Below are positions 62,985-64,000 of a stretch of 64,000 bases of DNA, one piece after another. Location: contig OX597816.1 of the NCBI GenBank assembly GCA_951406725.2, positions 95,852,001 to 95,916,000 of the forward strand. Direction: 5' to 3'. A program made the translations under genes and the position numbers. Below the pieces are notes generated by a model. That model had not been told where the DNA came from, ran no database searches, and saw only the letters and a program-made list of their open reading frames with translations. The stretch comes from Octopus vulgaris (lineage: Eukaryota). The stretch's first letter is position 1, and each line of letters starts with the position of its first letter.

Positions 62985-64000
62985 TTTTAGAAAGTTAATG
63001 TTTCATTAGATCAGGATTCCAAGAAATTCGAAATATTTACATTTGAATGAGCAAAAATTGTTGAAGACATGGTTGGGGATGCCTTGGATTATCATATCCT
63101 CAACCATGCCTTCAAGTATGAAAAGGAGGATTAAAGCAAAATTCACTCTTTCATCACACTGTATGTTAACTCTGTCTTAACTCGTTAAGTACAATTTCGA
63201 TGTAAGAAATATGAATAATAGATTTTCAGATACAAATTAAAGGATTCTTACCAAATTAAATAATGTCATCAAGCCCATATTTCCGTTACCTTATCTAAAA
63301 TTAAAATGTAACTTACAATTTACATTTTAATTTTTGGCTTTCAACACTTCTTGAACAAATATCAAAACATCTTTCATGAGTTTACGGGAATCTCCGGAGT
63401 TGAAAATATTAAACTGAATTACTCACATTGTAAGTGCATTTACTGTAATGAAAGCGTCCTCCAACTAAGATGTCTCGGTTATAGTATGTTAGGATACAGT
63501 CAATCCATACTTTGAATTTAAAAGTTCACAAAGAGTTTTGAGTTTCAATTGTGTGTGTTCGTTTATCCACTCAATAAGTGATTCAAAATGTTCTTATTTA
63601 ATACTCTTGAGTTTGTCACGGACACCTTCAGGGTGCAAATGAGATGCACAATCTGTATATACCTGCTGTTATATGATGCCATCTTCTTGACAGCTTGTGC
63701 TGCAGCGATGGATTCCCAATTCACTTTTTCAGCAACATATACTAAATGTATACGAATTACTAGTGAAGACTTCTTGTGTGACCTCTACTTATTTAACAGT
63801 TCGTGGAAGATCAATACTTACAGATTTATAAAAGGTATCGTTGCTTTCCGATTGGTTTTCCTCATGTAAACACAACATTGAAACTTAAGTGAATTGACGA
63901 AATTAATTTAGATTCAAATCGAATCAGTTGTAAATACAATCACTTCAAAATATCTACATCTATTCAGTTTAATCGAAATATCCATTACTTAATTTGCTTC

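Overview
AT-rich eukaryotic genomic DNA. The repeat families suggest a coleoid cephalopod, probably Octopus; this is an inference. The left third carries the 5' part of NAT10 (RNA cytidine acetyltransferase, Kre33 orthologue) on the minus strand: 13 coding exons (21143 down to 283) with GT-AG sites and consistent phases, giving 544 aa. The gene continues beyond the left edge, with a probable non-coding first exon and promoter near 23.7-23.85 kb. The rest is mostly mobile-element debris: three tRNA-derived SINE families, RTE, Tx1/L1-like and R4/Dong-like LINE fragments, non-autonomous Helitrons (one a head-to-tail dimer), Tc1/mariner, hAT MITEs, a decayed P-element/THAP9-like transposase, and mini/microsatellites. 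The ORF track does not show a candidate second minus-strand gene (56109 to 51536 and beyond): a signal-peptide exon plus two small phase-2 exons encoding a 7-Cys secreted peptide. Other notable structures are a perfectly branched T-shaped hairpin (59960-60016) and a degenerate Penelope-type hammerhead ribozyme (about 38540-38583). All calls were made by eye; no searches were run.
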